Positions 12,650 to 25,358 are shown, counted from the whole stretch's first letter. The stretch is 63,927 nt of DNA, filler included, from Octopus bimaculoides (GCF_001194135.2; 5 parts of 5 records of this genome joined end to end with filler, not necessarily neighbours in it); one strand, 5' to 3'. Notes: generated by a model not told the origin, from the letters alone. A program made the numbers and translations.

Positions 12650-13485
12650 GGGGAGAGTGTGCGTGTGAATAGGATTCATGAGACAAAAAAGAGAGGGTTA
12701 CATTGAAGAGGTGAGTGGAGACAGAAGGGTTAAATGAATTGGGAACTGAGATGAAAAAGCCGAGAGGTGTTGGCTGAAATGGTCAGCGGAGCGGAAATGC
12801 TGTGAGACTGGTAACCCGTTGCCAAGTCTGAAGTCCATGAGGTGCTCTGTGAATATGTCAGCTAGTCATTGGCCGGCAGCAGCGCATATATAATGTTACC
12901 AAAAGGATGGTATGCAGGAGGGGGATGTGGTGTGGGAAAGAAGGTGCTATGGACGAAGAGGAGTGAAACTTAGTTTGAAGGAGGAAATGGGTAGAATAGG
13001 CAAAAAAGCTGGAAGTGGAAGATCAGACTGGAAGTTGCATAAGAGGCGTCGTAGGAGAAGAGTGGTGGAGTAGTAGGTAAGGGGAAAGGGAATGTGGTGA
13101 GTGAGATTCTAGACGCAGGTGTTAGGAATGAGAAGAAAGGGTGAGAAACCACGTCGAATGAAGAGGTGGGCCACATGCTGAACTTGCATTTTGAAGTTGT
13201 AGATACCACTGCAGAGACGTTGGAACGAAAGAACTTGAAATAATGGATGGAACGCTTAAAATGGTTTGAGTATGAGGAGAAGAGGTCAAGACAAAAGTAG
13301 AAATTGTTCGGCTTGTAAAAGACAGATGTGGAGAGGGTAAGATTAAAGCGGTCGATGGAGGCAGTCATGACGAAGAAATGAAAGGCAGCATCTGAGATGG
13401 AGGGCGCAAACTGGAGGGAGGGGTGAAAAGAGCTGGCGAAGGAGATGAAAGAGTTTAGCTCCTCGTGGGACAGAAAGGTAGCGTC
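12650..13485 (-). mobile_element. Degenerate Neptune-like Penelope element (RT C-terminus plus GIY-YIG remnant)
   Basis: [36 protein letters not shown]; next frame FQRLCSG..F..Q..LFIRRGF; then LADIFTEHL..GLPVSQHFRSADH. Confidence 0.8.
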
Positions 13486-13616
13486 GAGACACACACCCCA
13501 CACACATATATATATATATGTATGTGTGTGTGTATGTATTTGTATATATACACACACACACACACACAAATATATATATATATATGTGTGTGTGTGTGTA
13601 AATGTATATGCATACA

Positions 13617-13655
<39 letters not shown>

Positions 13656-13743
13656 CTATGTATAAGAATGCATATGTGTGCCTGTATGTATGTTTGTATT
13701 TGTGTGTAGGTGTGTGCACGTGTGCGTTGTCTGTGTGCATGTG

Positions 13744-13778
<35 letters not shown>

Positions 13779-15999
13779 CAAATAATAAATGAGTATATGC
13801 ATATATACGTACAGGTATGTGCATACCTACGTCTACCTGTATATATAGGTGCATATCTGGGTACAGGACATTGCAAACAAAACGTAGACAAGAAAATAAT
13901 AATAACCAGAGTACAGAATACACACAGGCTACGTAGAGAACATTTTCCTTCATCAGCTATACGTTTAAGTCTGCGGAGATCAATATATCTGGTAAACTGT
14001 TGAACAGAAAACATTTGCCCTTCACCACATTTTATAGCAGTCCAAGCTTAACGAACACCAAAGGAAAATAACAGATAAGAGGAAACAATAAAACCGCTTG
14101 TTAAAGAATCATTGGATATCTGTTTCACAGATGTTCTGGTAACATTCTTTTCCTTGTCTGCTTCCCTCACCCCCACCCTGCACGTCTTCTTGTATGTTCA
14201 TTTTTCCATATCTCACACCTTTAAAACGTTCTTCCACTAGCATTTCTGGTATAATCGCTGTTTCACGAAAGTGAATCGCGTCAAATTTTCAATGCAGCAA
14301 TGTTACATATATAAGTTACACGTCTGACGATTCGACATAAAATCTTGATTTACATTATGTAACTGATTATCACCTTATATCAATGAAACGCGTGTAAGAC
14401 GGTGTGACTAAATGTCTTATATACAATCTCACATCTTTATACACACGCGCGCGCACACACGCACGCACGCACGCACACACACACACACACATACACACAC
14501 ACGCACACACACATGTATCTATGTGTGCGTGCATATTTGTGTTTGCCCTTCACTTTCGTTTGACAAGGGTTTTAGTTTGTTTATTTCCCGTAGCTTTGCG
14601 GTTCATCTAAATGAACGTTAGGAACTTAAGTACCAGGTATAAAAAGGAAGTATTGGGTCGATTTGTTAAAGGTGATGCACCAGCATGGCCGCAGTCTAAT
14701 GACTGTTACAATTAACAGAAGATAAATATATATACATACAAACACATACGCATATATATATGTGTGTGTATTTTGTGTGTATGCATATATGTATAAATGC
14801 GTGTATGAATATATATATCTATGTATAAAAATATGTGTGCGTACACGCGTGTGTCTGCTTGAACAGTTTCGCACAGAAGTTTCACAGACACATCAACATA
14901 TCTGGTTGTCTACAAACTTACTATTGAATGGTAAGGCAGTCATGGCTTCTCAGTAAGTCGGATAATATTAGATGACGAGTGAGATTCATTCTTACTGGCC
15001 CGCTCAGATCATGCGGTAGAAATGATATATCTGTGACAGAAGAGAGTTGCTGAATCGGAAGCATCTCTGTCACCACGGTAGGGTTATTTCACTTTGTTTT
15101 TGCTAGAAATTCTAGCGACGTTGAAATTTCAGCAGATTAAGTTCCGTTGACGTCAACAGTATGGCTGTTCACATTTTTGTAAAAAAAATAATTCCTTCCT
15201 TCCTTCCTTCTTTCCTTCCTACCTTACCTACTTTAAACCGGATGATGGTTTTAGCCTTTACCAGACCAAATCATTTTCATAAGTTTTCCTAAATGTTTAT
15301 GTATGTGCTCAGACTTTTAGTCAGTCCTTGTTTTAGACATTCTGAGTAATATAAAGCTTTCCTTTCATAAATCTCAAGTTACTCTATTGATTGAAAAAAA
15401 CTGGGAATGTTTATCATACATGATGCAGGGAAGCCAGAGAAACATATCCTCTAAAGTGTTAAGACTATGACAAAAAACTTTGAAAAGCAAAGGCAAGAAT
15501 AAAGATGGTGAAAGTCTAAACGGTAAGTGAATTTTATTTAATGTTAAAAAATACATGAGTTTGCATCTCGTAAAAAGTGTCGTAAATAGTGTCTGGTGCA
15601 AAATACTGAAGTCACTCTGTAACATAAAATGGAAGTGGTAAGTACAACATGTAAGGTTTGTGCTCGTAGTTTTTATGATGTGATGTAGTGTTGAAGTAGG
15701 CTAATTGTGGTTATGACTACTGTAACATGATGGTGGATATGTGGCGACGGCACATTCATTACAGGGTTGGTTACGAGGAGAAGGTCACCATGGAGTTGCT
15801 CATGGATATCATTTTGTCTCTAACTAACGTTGAAGGTATTTGGAAAATTCAAGTGAAGCAACTTCCTGAGAGTCCAATTAAATAAGAATTGTTTGGATTG
15901 CTGCTCTGAAGGTTTCTCCTTCAGTATTGTGGTGAAGAGAAGTTGACGATCCAGACATTCAGCGTTACCCGCTAACCAAGTCATCATAAGAGAATCGAC

Positions 16000-16125
16000 C
16001 TATATCTGCCCAATCCACCACCTATATTTACCAACCCCTCATTTATATCTACCAACCCACCAACTATATCTGCCCATCTATCACTATGTCTACCAAGCGA
16101 CCACTATATCTACTAATCCACCGTC
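16000..16125. repeat. Degenerate ~21-bp minisatellite (C.CTATATCT.CC.A.CCA..), about 6 units
   Basis: Repeated CTATATCT(A/G)CC motif at ~21-bp spacing. Confidence 0.7.
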
Positions 16126-18461
16126 TCATATCACATGCTTGGCCAATAAGTCTGTAAATTCGAAGGATAACATCACTTGAAGCATTTTTACATCACAATG
16201 CTATACTTTTTAGTGTGTTTGCCACCATCAGTCACCGTACAGGATGTGATGTAAATTTTCTACATCAGATCCCACGTAAATGCTTTAAATAAAAAGTAAA
16301 AAATTGTAAGGAAGAAATATCGTACACGAATCTTAAACTTGCTCCATATTAGAAAAAAATATTCCTTCATTTCGTTTGTTTTGTTCCCGTTTTGTCGTCT
16401 TCTTTCACCTGCAGAAGTATTTACGTCAGAATATTGTGACATTTCCATTCCATTTCTTTGTGCGTGGAACAACAAACATCTTTTATTGTATTTTATCATA
16501 TCATTCGTGTTGTTATTTTCAGGCCTTTATTCTACATTAGTTACATGCACACACGAACGTCCATTATCCACCCTGATTCTTGGAGTTTCTATACCATCAG
16601 TGTACCACCTCGAGTTGTTACTGGATTGCCACCATTGGATTATCACCATGGGTTACACTGGATATTTTATTCGTCGATAAAATAAGTACAAGCCAATTAA
16701 TCGATTATACTAACTCATAAAATACGTGCTTTTGTGCTAGTATTAGAAGCTAGTATCCTCTATTTGTAAATGACAGATCCTCTACACGGTAATGCAATCT
16801 GCTCGAAATAGCAACCAAATCACCCTCAAATCACGCATCTATTTTTTAAATAATGAAAGATGCTTTGGGCAATGTATTCCTTGATAAGGACAGGATGGAT
16901 GGTCACAGTTGGAATACTTTTGTTAATATGTCCTGACCAAGGCTGACTGGGTCTAAACACCATTATCAATCTTTTTAGCAACAGTCATGAAATCCCCCCG
17001 CCCCCAGCATTATGGAAACATTGTGAGTGATTAAAACAAGCGGAATAACACTGCTTTCATATGACAAACTGTCAATGATTTAACCTCGATTTTTTTTTGT
17101 ATCTCTTTTCAAAAACATCGTTCAACCAAGCTTGTTACCCAGGACCAACTTATTATTAAATTATTATTACGGTCAGATGTGCCTGAAGTCTAATTGCCAT
17201 TCACAATTGTTACTACACTATTGTTTTTGTTAAAAAAATAAATCAGATATTTTTTATTGTAAGTTAGTCAGGAAGTGTCTGAACCTTTGCTGGTCATACA
17301 CCTAAACTAGTGATATTGCTCTGATGCAGCCGATGTCAAGCCTAAACATTTGAGAAAATATGCGAAGTTGAGAGAATTGGAAATCTGAAGATTTGAAGCC
17401 CTGCTAAAGTTACCCAATGATTAGATGGTGAAGTTAAATGGGGATATGTTTTAAGATATTAACACAGTACCCACCAAAATATTAAGAGATGTAGGATACA
17501 TATAAATCCACAATATTTTTAGAGGAATGGAAATTAAAAAAAAATATGTGACCTTCATCTCTTTCAGGCGGATGTTGGTAACATATGCAATGGATGTCAA
17601 TAATAAATTTGTGAATGAAATACATTCTTTGTATGAAAACGATTTGCATTTTATGTTTTATTGAACACAAAGCCAGAAGTATAATCAACTGAATCAACTC
17701 CAGTCTATTACTGGTATATATATAATTTACATGTTCTCAATCCTCAAAGAGAAAGGAAGTAAAGTTGATGCCAGTAACATTTAGAATGTGGACACCATAT
17801 ATATATCATAGATCACTTTCTCATTCCGAATTACTGGGGTTGAAATTCCGACTAAAATAATTCATAAGAAGAGTTTTATTCTTTTGAAATATTTACTGCT
17901 TGAGACCCCTTCTCCAGGTTACTGCTACAGGGTTTAAAATATAGCAAACGAAATGATCTACCAAATAGGTAATGTACGGTAACCATTTTATAACGAAAGG
18001 CTACGAATATTCAGTGTAACATGTCATAGTCAAGGCGATATCCATTAGCCTTAGATGAACATATCGATATTCTAAAGGTAGAAATAATAAAGTTGTTAAG
18101 ATATTGAACTACATGCTGAGAGATCATTGTCATTAAGACTTCTGTTACCTCTGTCCTTATACATGTGGGGACATCTGTATATGTACGAAATCAATCTCTA
18201 ATACCTGCCAGTTGGTGAATGTCGTAGTCTGTAACTGGGTTCTAGATTGTAGTTTACTTACGTTGCCAATGTCACAATTCTTGTCAGTCTCCCCATTCGT
18301 ATCCCATTTCATATCCCATTTGGTATAGATAGTCTAACAGAAGTTGTTATCATTTGATATTTGACTATATTATGTCTGAAATATGTAAGAAATAAATATT
18401 TTATGAGTCATATCTCTTAAGATCTATAGAATCTAATTTTATTTGCTGTTTTAGGTCGGGG

Positions 18462-18766
18462 TTAAAATTCCCTTAGAATTACAATAAGGTCTTGCAGCAC
18501 TATTAAAACAAACGGAGTGATCACAACAATTAGTATGACACCACTAACATAAAATGAAGATTGACGATCGTCTGGCATGCTCACTTTAGAGCGGATGTAC
18601 TTAGAAGTTTTATTCCGTGGTAGGGTTAACTCCGAAACAATCTGATGTAGTTTTATAGTGAGTTCCTGCTGGGTCAAGTTCTTCTGTGTTTTAGGGCAAG
18701 GACACAAACAGGATATATCAATAGATGTGTTCGATGGTGTGCTTTCCGAAGTCAGTTCGGTTGTTG
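18462..18766 (-). CDS. Terminal coding exon of a single-pass membrane mucin-like protein (CxCxC, helical segment, TM)
   Basis: Acceptor TGTTTCCATTTTAG|CA at 18767/18766, phase 1. Encodes STTELTSESTPSNTSIDISCLCPCPKTQKNLTQQELTIKLHQIVSELTLPRNKTSKYIRSKVSMPDDRQSSFYVSGVILIVVITPFVLIVLQDLIVILREF*. Confidence 0.85.
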
Positions 18767-19197
18767 CTAAAATGGAAACAATACAATTAGTTATCTGCAG
18801 ATTATGGATATAAGGATGTCTGCTACTTAAGGGTGCTGGGTTAGCGGTTTAATGGTTAACGGTAAGATTTCGGTTACAAGCTTGCATTGTTTTTAATAAA
18901 GATAATTAACTCTCAAATAGCTAAATCTGCTTAGTTATGGAGTAGGTCCATAGGAAAGCACCGTTCGGCGATGCAAGTGTTACAACACTCGTTGAACTTA
19001 AATTTGCCGTACTGCGATCAACTTGACCCCTTAGGAAAATGAAATTACTATCTAAGACATAGGAGTCATGTTATCTAAGGTAAATCATACTCATTATATT
19101 TTAAATCATCTTCAGTGTTAGCCGGCTGTTTTTGTTTTGATTTGACCCAGAGTGTAAAAGAATGTATTCTTACGTAAAGAACCAAGAATATACTTAC

Positions 19198-19584
19198 ATA
19201 TCGAATTTAATGGAGTAAAAGTATTCTCACGAGTGGTGGGTAATGTTGATACCGTGATAACGTCTTGCACTGTAATATCTGTTGTGCTAAGAGTAATACT
19301 TTCACTGGTTGATAGTACTGTCGGCGTTGTGGAAACATCAGGATCGAGAGAGCTACTTCCATCAGTTGCTTGTTCCGTTGATGTAATGAAATATTCACTG
19401 TCATTGTTTGTTCCACAGTCACTGCCATTGATCGTTTCACAGTCGCTGCCATTGACCGTTACTACCATTGCTGTAGTATTGTCGATAGTATAGTTGCTCG
19501 TCTCCATAGCAGCTGTCGTAATATCACTCATATTTCCCGCGTATCCATAAGGTAAAGTGGTATTTAAAATAGTTTGGAAGGCAG
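19198..19584 (-). CDS. Ser/Thr-rich mucin-like exon with multiple N-glycosylation sequons
   Basis: Non-repetitive S/T-rich ORF (19118-19531). Donor T|GTAAGT at 19198/19197 is phase 1 and in frame with the 18766 exon. The acceptor at 19584 (GAAG|CT, first AG after a poly-T tract, phase 1) is inferred and less certain. Confidence 0.8.
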
Positions 19585-19806
19585 CTTCGGTGGTTGAAGG
19601 TAATGCAATTGTAGTTATTAAAAAAAAAAACGAAAAAAAAAAACTACATTTTAAAAAACAAATTAAAAATTAAACATTGCAAAGACAATAATATGAAGAA
19701 CAGTTTTATAGATTCAGTCTTTATAAATACAGTATGGAGAACCTTAATAGCTTTTATGGTTCGTTCGAGGAGCTCAGTTGGAAGATGGCAATGATTTGTA
19801 ACTTAC

Positions 19807-19905
19807 CAAGTTCATCAGGTAAGGAAAAATAATCGAGTTGATAAGTCATTTGACTTGAATTTATAGTCCTTAAATTCAAACTCACTTCAATAATAGGTAG
19901 CCGCT
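19807..19905 (-). CDS. 99-nt internal exon (phase 1-1) of the same gene
   Basis: ATTTTCCCTAG|AG acceptor and CTTG|GTAAGT donor; open frame RLPIIEVSLNLRTINSSQMTYQLDYFSLPDEL; phase matches the downstream exon. Confidence 0.65.
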
Positions 19906-20220
19906 CTAGGGAAAATATCAGCAATCAAACGCTTGACACTTAGCTGGAGATCTATCGATTGATTGAATAACGTCATGAACTTGAATCTTACTTTTTATAT
20001 TTATATCACAAAAGGCTATCGAATAGTTTCCATCTACAAAATGTGCTCACAAGACAGTTAATCTGTAGCTGTAGTAGAAGGCACTGGCCCCAAGTATTAA
20101 ATCCAGAACCACGTGGTTGTAAAGTGAAATTCTAAACTATACATCTATATCTGCGTTGGGCTTGTGTTCCACCCCCAAAAGAATAGTGTTTCTCATTGAT
20201 CTGGAGGCTGAAGAACCGCA

Positions 20221-20254
<34 letters not shown>

Positions 20255-20392
20255 NNNNNNNNNNNNNNNNNNNNNNNNNNNNNNNNNNNNNNNNNNNNNN
20301 NNNNNNNNNNNNNNNNNNNNNNNNNNNNNNNNNNNNNNNNNNNNNNNNNNNNNNNNNNNNNNNNNNNNNNNNNNNNNNNNNNNNNNNNNNNN

Positions 20393-20444
<52 letters not shown>

Positions 20445-20805
20445 AAAGAACATATATGCATGTATACACACATATATGTACATACTTACATCTACATGTG
20501 TATATAGATGCATATCAGGGTACAGGATGTTAGAACAATGAATTACAGACCACGGAACAAACACATAGGAAACAGATAGCCACTTGGAATTAATCCTTCG
20601 TCAGCTGCCTCTATTCTAACTAGACGTTTCGAAGATAAGGCAGAACGTACTCAAGAATAGTCTCTTTCTGAGTAGTAGATCGACCCACTAAACAGAGGAT
20701 TCCAAGGTGGCAAACACAAACCAAGACAGGAACAAATGGACAGTGAAAACAACGTTAAAAAGCCGTATATATAATACTGTCGTCATCTACACTACTGTCA
20801 TAAAA

Positions 20806-20946
20806 AGAAAAAGCTCTTTTTATATTCCACGGTAGGTGACCAGGTTGCTGAGTGTGCGAAAAAGAATACAAGAGTTGCGCAACGGAATAGGAAAAATCCG
20901 GGTTACATGTTTCATAGCGAGTGGAACCTCAGAAGTGGTAAAATCC
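20806..20946 (+). repeat. ~140-bp interspersed repeat, second copy at 24105-24245
   Basis: TTTTTATATTCCACGGTAGGTGACCAGG..GAGTGTGCGAAAAA..GGAAAAATCCGGG..GAGTGGAACCTC is present at both loci. Confidence 0.85.
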
Positions 20947-20951
20947 ATCAT

Positions 20952-21290
20952 GTGAAAGCGCATGGCTCAGTGGTTAGAGCATCGAACTTACGACCGTGAG
21001 GTTGTGAGTTCGATTCCCGGACTGGGCTGTGTGTTGTGTTCTTAAGCAAGACACTTTATTTAACGTTGCTCCAGTTCACTCAGCTGTAGAAATGAGTTGT
21101 GATGTCACTAGTGCCAAGCTGTATAGGCCCTTGCCTTTCTCCTGGATAACATCGGTGGTGTGGAGAGGGGAGGCTGGTATGCATGGGTGACTGCTGGTTT
21201 TCCATAAACAACCTTACCTGGACTTGTGCCTGGAAGGGTAACTTTCTAGGTGCAATCCTAGGGTCATTCGTGACCGAAGGGGGGGTCTCC
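20952..21290 (+). mobile_element. tRNA-derived SINE, apparently near full length
   Basis: A box TGGCTCAGTGG and B box GAGTTCGATTCC, followed by GTGTTCTTAAGCAAGACACTT..GCTCCAGTTCACTCAGCTG core and a unique tail. Confidence 0.85.
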
Positions 21291-22583
21291 GACTGTCATC
21301 ATATGAAATGTATATCACTGTGTTGTGATAGCTATATCTCAGTGTTATATCTGATTGGTTTTAAAATGTGTTCAGGTTAATGGTTGCTATTGTAGTTGAT
21401 TTTTAGCTCTAAGTGGTCCTTCATTAAGCAGACCTAGGATCACAAGATTTTCAGCAGCTACAACCTGTCATTTTGCGTACCTAGAACTCGTTGTCTACTA
21501 TAGTTTAAGATTGTCGGAAATAATTTGAGGGTGATTTGGTTGCCCTTTCAAGCAGTACAGACTATCACATAAAAGCTCCATCTCTGGATTGTAATACTAA
21601 TGGTGAAATAAGGTAGTGGATTGGAAGAGGTATTTAGCTACCTCCTGAGTTCTAATGTCACGGAAGTCAACATTATTGTTCATTTCTCTCGGATCGATAA
21701 TATAAAGTACCAGTCAAGTACTGGCCTCGATTTAATCGATTGGTCCCTTCCAAAATATGCGACCTTGTGTACCAATATGAGAAATCATGATTAATGCTAA
21801 AACATAGAAGGAAAGTCGGGCTAACAGAGCCAAGATGACACGTGAGCAACTGAACCGCTAATCCGCATTTTCATTCCATGTCGTAGCCATTTTATTTGAG
21901 AGCATTGTTAATAACTTGGAGAAATAGTGGAGTCGGATCACCGTCGTTTGCCGATGAGGATTCAGTTATTCGTTCAACTGAATTATTATGTAAGTCACCA
22001 AACATTCCACAGGCATGTGTGCTCGAGTCTTAGGCAGAATGAGCGTCACACACTGTGACAAGGTCGTACTTTTGATATTACAGGTACAACACAGTTTCTG
22101 TCTGCCTGACCTCACTCATAAAGAACGGGTCGAAATGAAGTTATAGAAAATAACATTCACCCAAGATACTATGTAATGATGGAACCTGAGCCTTCTGACT
22201 GCGAAGCGAACTTCTTAAACCATTCAAACATATTGTTCTCATCTTAGATAAACATATAAGCTTCATACTCTTATTTCACTGTCAAATATATGCCTGACTG
22301 TTGCTTCCTATATATGTAATAAACCCGGTTTAGAATCTATAATAACAACTATCGCTCGCACAGTACTTAGAAAAGTCATACTTACGAAACACCTCCCATT
22401 CACAAATTTGTTTCTCAGAAGTCAAATTTGAATGGTATTGTATTCTGATGTTATTTGGTAAGAGCAAAACAAGCGAAACCTAAAATGACAAACAGTGTGT
22501 TGATGAGGTACAAATAACCATAATAGGAATTAAATTGGAAAGTAACTGTGCGGAAAGCCACTTGTGTGTGTGCGTGCGTGCGC

Positions 22584-22626
<43 letters not shown>

Positions 22627-23480
22627 CGTGCGTTTATACTGTGCATATGTGTGTGTACACGCAAGTGTATTGTGTACACACACATATGCAGATATGCACA
22701 ATTAAATATACATACATAATACATACACATACATATTTACACATCGACATATATATGTTTAGATAAACATAAGCGAGCGTGCATGTATATGCATACGCAA
22801 ATATGCAAACACAGGCTCATACACACAGAGAAACTTTTACAAGAGTTGACAGTGACTTCGAACTTCCGGCTTGCTCGTCATCAAATAGTACTTTATTTCT
22901 GTTGGTGGGGGTCCTATGTGAACGATAATTAAATGTGGTGTAGGTAAACCAGGGACGTAGTTGCGTAGGAGGGTGGAAAAGGGAAGGTTAGGAGGAAAGT
23001 ATGAGTTTGTTGAGTGTGGGTTGATAGAAAGTTTTGGTAAGGAGATTCAGTTTGGTTTGATGTAGTAATTTTACTATTTTTTAGTGTTCAGTCAGGTGTG
23101 AAAGTAAATGAGTAAGCAGATGTGATAAATTAAGTTCACGAATTTTTTGCATAGAAACTTGCTTTTATAATGTTTTAGACTTCGCAAAAGAATGTTTGTA
23201 GATAAATCAGTTGATCACATAGCATTGGCCAGACTGAGGTCCAATTGGAGTTGGTCTTATTAGGTTTCCGCTAAGAAACTTTAAACTAGGTATTTTGGGA
23301 AGGTTAGGTTTGGTGGGGGTCTAAGTTACTATAAATACACATTAGGGTTTTCTGGTCTGTTTCTAATTATTTTATATTATTGTAGACAAATGTATATATG
23401 TGATTGCACGACGTTAAGATATATAATCAGATTAATACACAAGGATGATGCATTTTCCATCAACGCATATCTATAAAGGG

Positions 23481-23545
<65 letters not shown>

Positions 23546-23548
23546 TAC

Positions 23549-23817
23549 TATAATATGTGACAATTATTCGGTTGCCATAAAAAACTCCAAGTTTCGCATG
23601 TCGGGACAGAAACCTGCACCGGCATCTCTTCAGTTATGTTATCGAAGCAATTAAAATATGGTAAAATCCAAGCGAGGTGTATACCGCCGGCTACTCTTCA
23701 GGCCAAGGTTATATTTTAATTGCCTCGATAACTGAAGAGATACCGGTGCAGGTTTCTGCCCCGACATCCGAAACTCGGAGTTTTATTATGGCAACCGAAT
23801 AATTGTCACATATTATA
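23549..23817. repeat. Long inverted repeat (arms 23549-23659 and 23711-23817, 51-bp spacer), PLE terminal-repeat-like
   Basis: Arms are near reverse complements over ~110 bp; each carries CTGAAGA...GAAAC; (GT)n lies on both sides. Confidence 0.9.
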
Positions 23818-23890
23818 TTATAAATAAATTCCTCTATTTACATAATATCGCGGTCTCTTTCATTCTTTTGTTGTCTTACCATTACTGTTA

Positions 23891-23947
<57 letters not shown>

Positions 23948-24915
23948 TGTGTGTGTGTGATCCAGGGATTAAGGTGTATGAAGAAAGTTAGCTTCGAGCA
24001 CTCCGTAGTAAATATAACAAAACAACTTTCAGGAACAATAGTGGTTTATTGAGATGGAAGATTGTGGATTATTTTTCTTTATCGAAGGACGATAAGCAAA
24101 AAAAAAGTTCTTTTTATATTCCACGGTAGGTGACCAGGGTTGCCGAGTGTGCGAAAAACAAAAGAAGAGTTACGCAATAGAATAGGAAAAATCCGGGCTA
24201 CATATGTTTCATAGTGAGTGGAACCTCCGAAGCTGTAAAATTCAAGTGAGGTGTATACCGACGGCTAAGGTTATCTTGATTAGATTAAAGGCTACATTGT
24301 TGTAAAGAGGTTAACGCAAAGAGGATTCAATCGGAATGTGTGAAGTATATAAATGTAGGGAGAAATAGATATTAGAAGAAGGGAAGAAAGAAGAGAAAGG
24401 GAAATAAATAAAATAAAATAAGATAAAATAAACTGTAGGGGAGTGAGAGAAAGGAGGAATTGGGCAGGTCAGTAGCAGATAATATAGTAGTATAGCTTAA
24501 TCACAGAATTTAATAGTGGGATTGGCATTTGAGGAGAAGATAAATTGGAGGGAAGAGGGTGGGGAAATATTTTTGGCCGTGGGGGAGAAAGAAAGTGTGC
24601 AGGAATAAAGCAAGGTAGGGTGGGGGAATTTAAGCATGGCTGGTGGTTGTTTGCAGTCGAGGGGTTTCTATGGCCGAAAGGCATAAATTGGTACGCAAAA
24701 AAGTGTGAAGCGGTGGAGGTGTATGTTGGCGTATGTATTTGTGAGTTTTCGGGGGAAGAGGTAGGAGGGGGGGGGAGTAGAAATATAAAGAGAGGAGAAT
24801 ATTTTAGGTAGTAAGTAAAAATACGGAGAGAATATTGTAATTGACGATCAAGGAATTAAAATATTGTTGGTTTAATACAAAGTGGTAGTGAGGGTGAAAG
24901 AGTGGGAGATATATA

Positions 24916-25015
24916 NNNNNNNNNNNNNNNNNNNNNNNNNNNNNNNNNNNNNNNNNNNNTTAATTAATTAANNNNNNNNNNNNNNNNNNNNNNNNNNNNN
25001 NNNNNNNNNNNNNNN
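24916..25015. other. Artificial 100-bp scaffold join: 44 N + TTAATTAATTAA + 44 N (also near 46171-46270, 48984-49083, 62814-62913)
   Basis: An identical six-frame-stop 12-mer is centred in 100-bp gaps four times. Confidence 0.92.
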
Positions 25016-25071
<56 letters not shown>

Positions 25072-25322
25072 TATATGCACTCACACATGACGCATATCTT
25101 TGTTTATGCGTGTGTGTTTTGTGTGTATATAATGTTTGTGTGTGCATGTGTGTTTTTGTGTATGTGTGTGTGTTCGCACTGCAGTGAGTGTTCTCACTGC
25201 AGTGTGCGCGCGCGAGCGTTTGTGTTTATACCAGATCCCATTATTGCATCCATTTATTAATTTTTTTTCTAATGCTTACGTTTCATCGAACTTATCCCTC
25301 CCTCTCCATTTCTTTCTTTATT

Positions 25323-25358
<36 letters not shown>

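Noticed and set aside
15380-15530. Plus-strand exon candidates ending in GTAAGT (also near 21990 and 27040)
   Set aside because: Frames are interrupted or very short, and GTAAGT is expected many times by chance in 64 kb of AT-rich DNA.
18400-18464. Stop-codon readthrough after REF* (next in-frame PRPKTANKIRFYRS*)
   Set aside because: A 14-codon open stretch is unremarkable, and TAA-C gives no specific support.
19585-19670. Upstream in-frame extension FFFSFFFLITTIALP as a signal peptide, using the TGTAG acceptor at 19644
   Set aside because: It derives from a poly-T tract, and that acceptor is phase 2, incompatible with the phase-1 donor at 19807.
20590-20660. Hammerhead-like words on the minus strand (GAAACGTC upstream of CTGACGAAGG); similar CTGATGAAGG near 13950
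   Set aside because: I could not form stems I and II convincingly in any permutation; probably decayed PLE terminal repeats.
20952-21030. tRNA genes at SINE heads (also 39104, 53638, 55370, 61722)
   Set aside because: A and B boxes are present, but acceptor and anticodon stems are broken and the heads run directly into SINE bodies.
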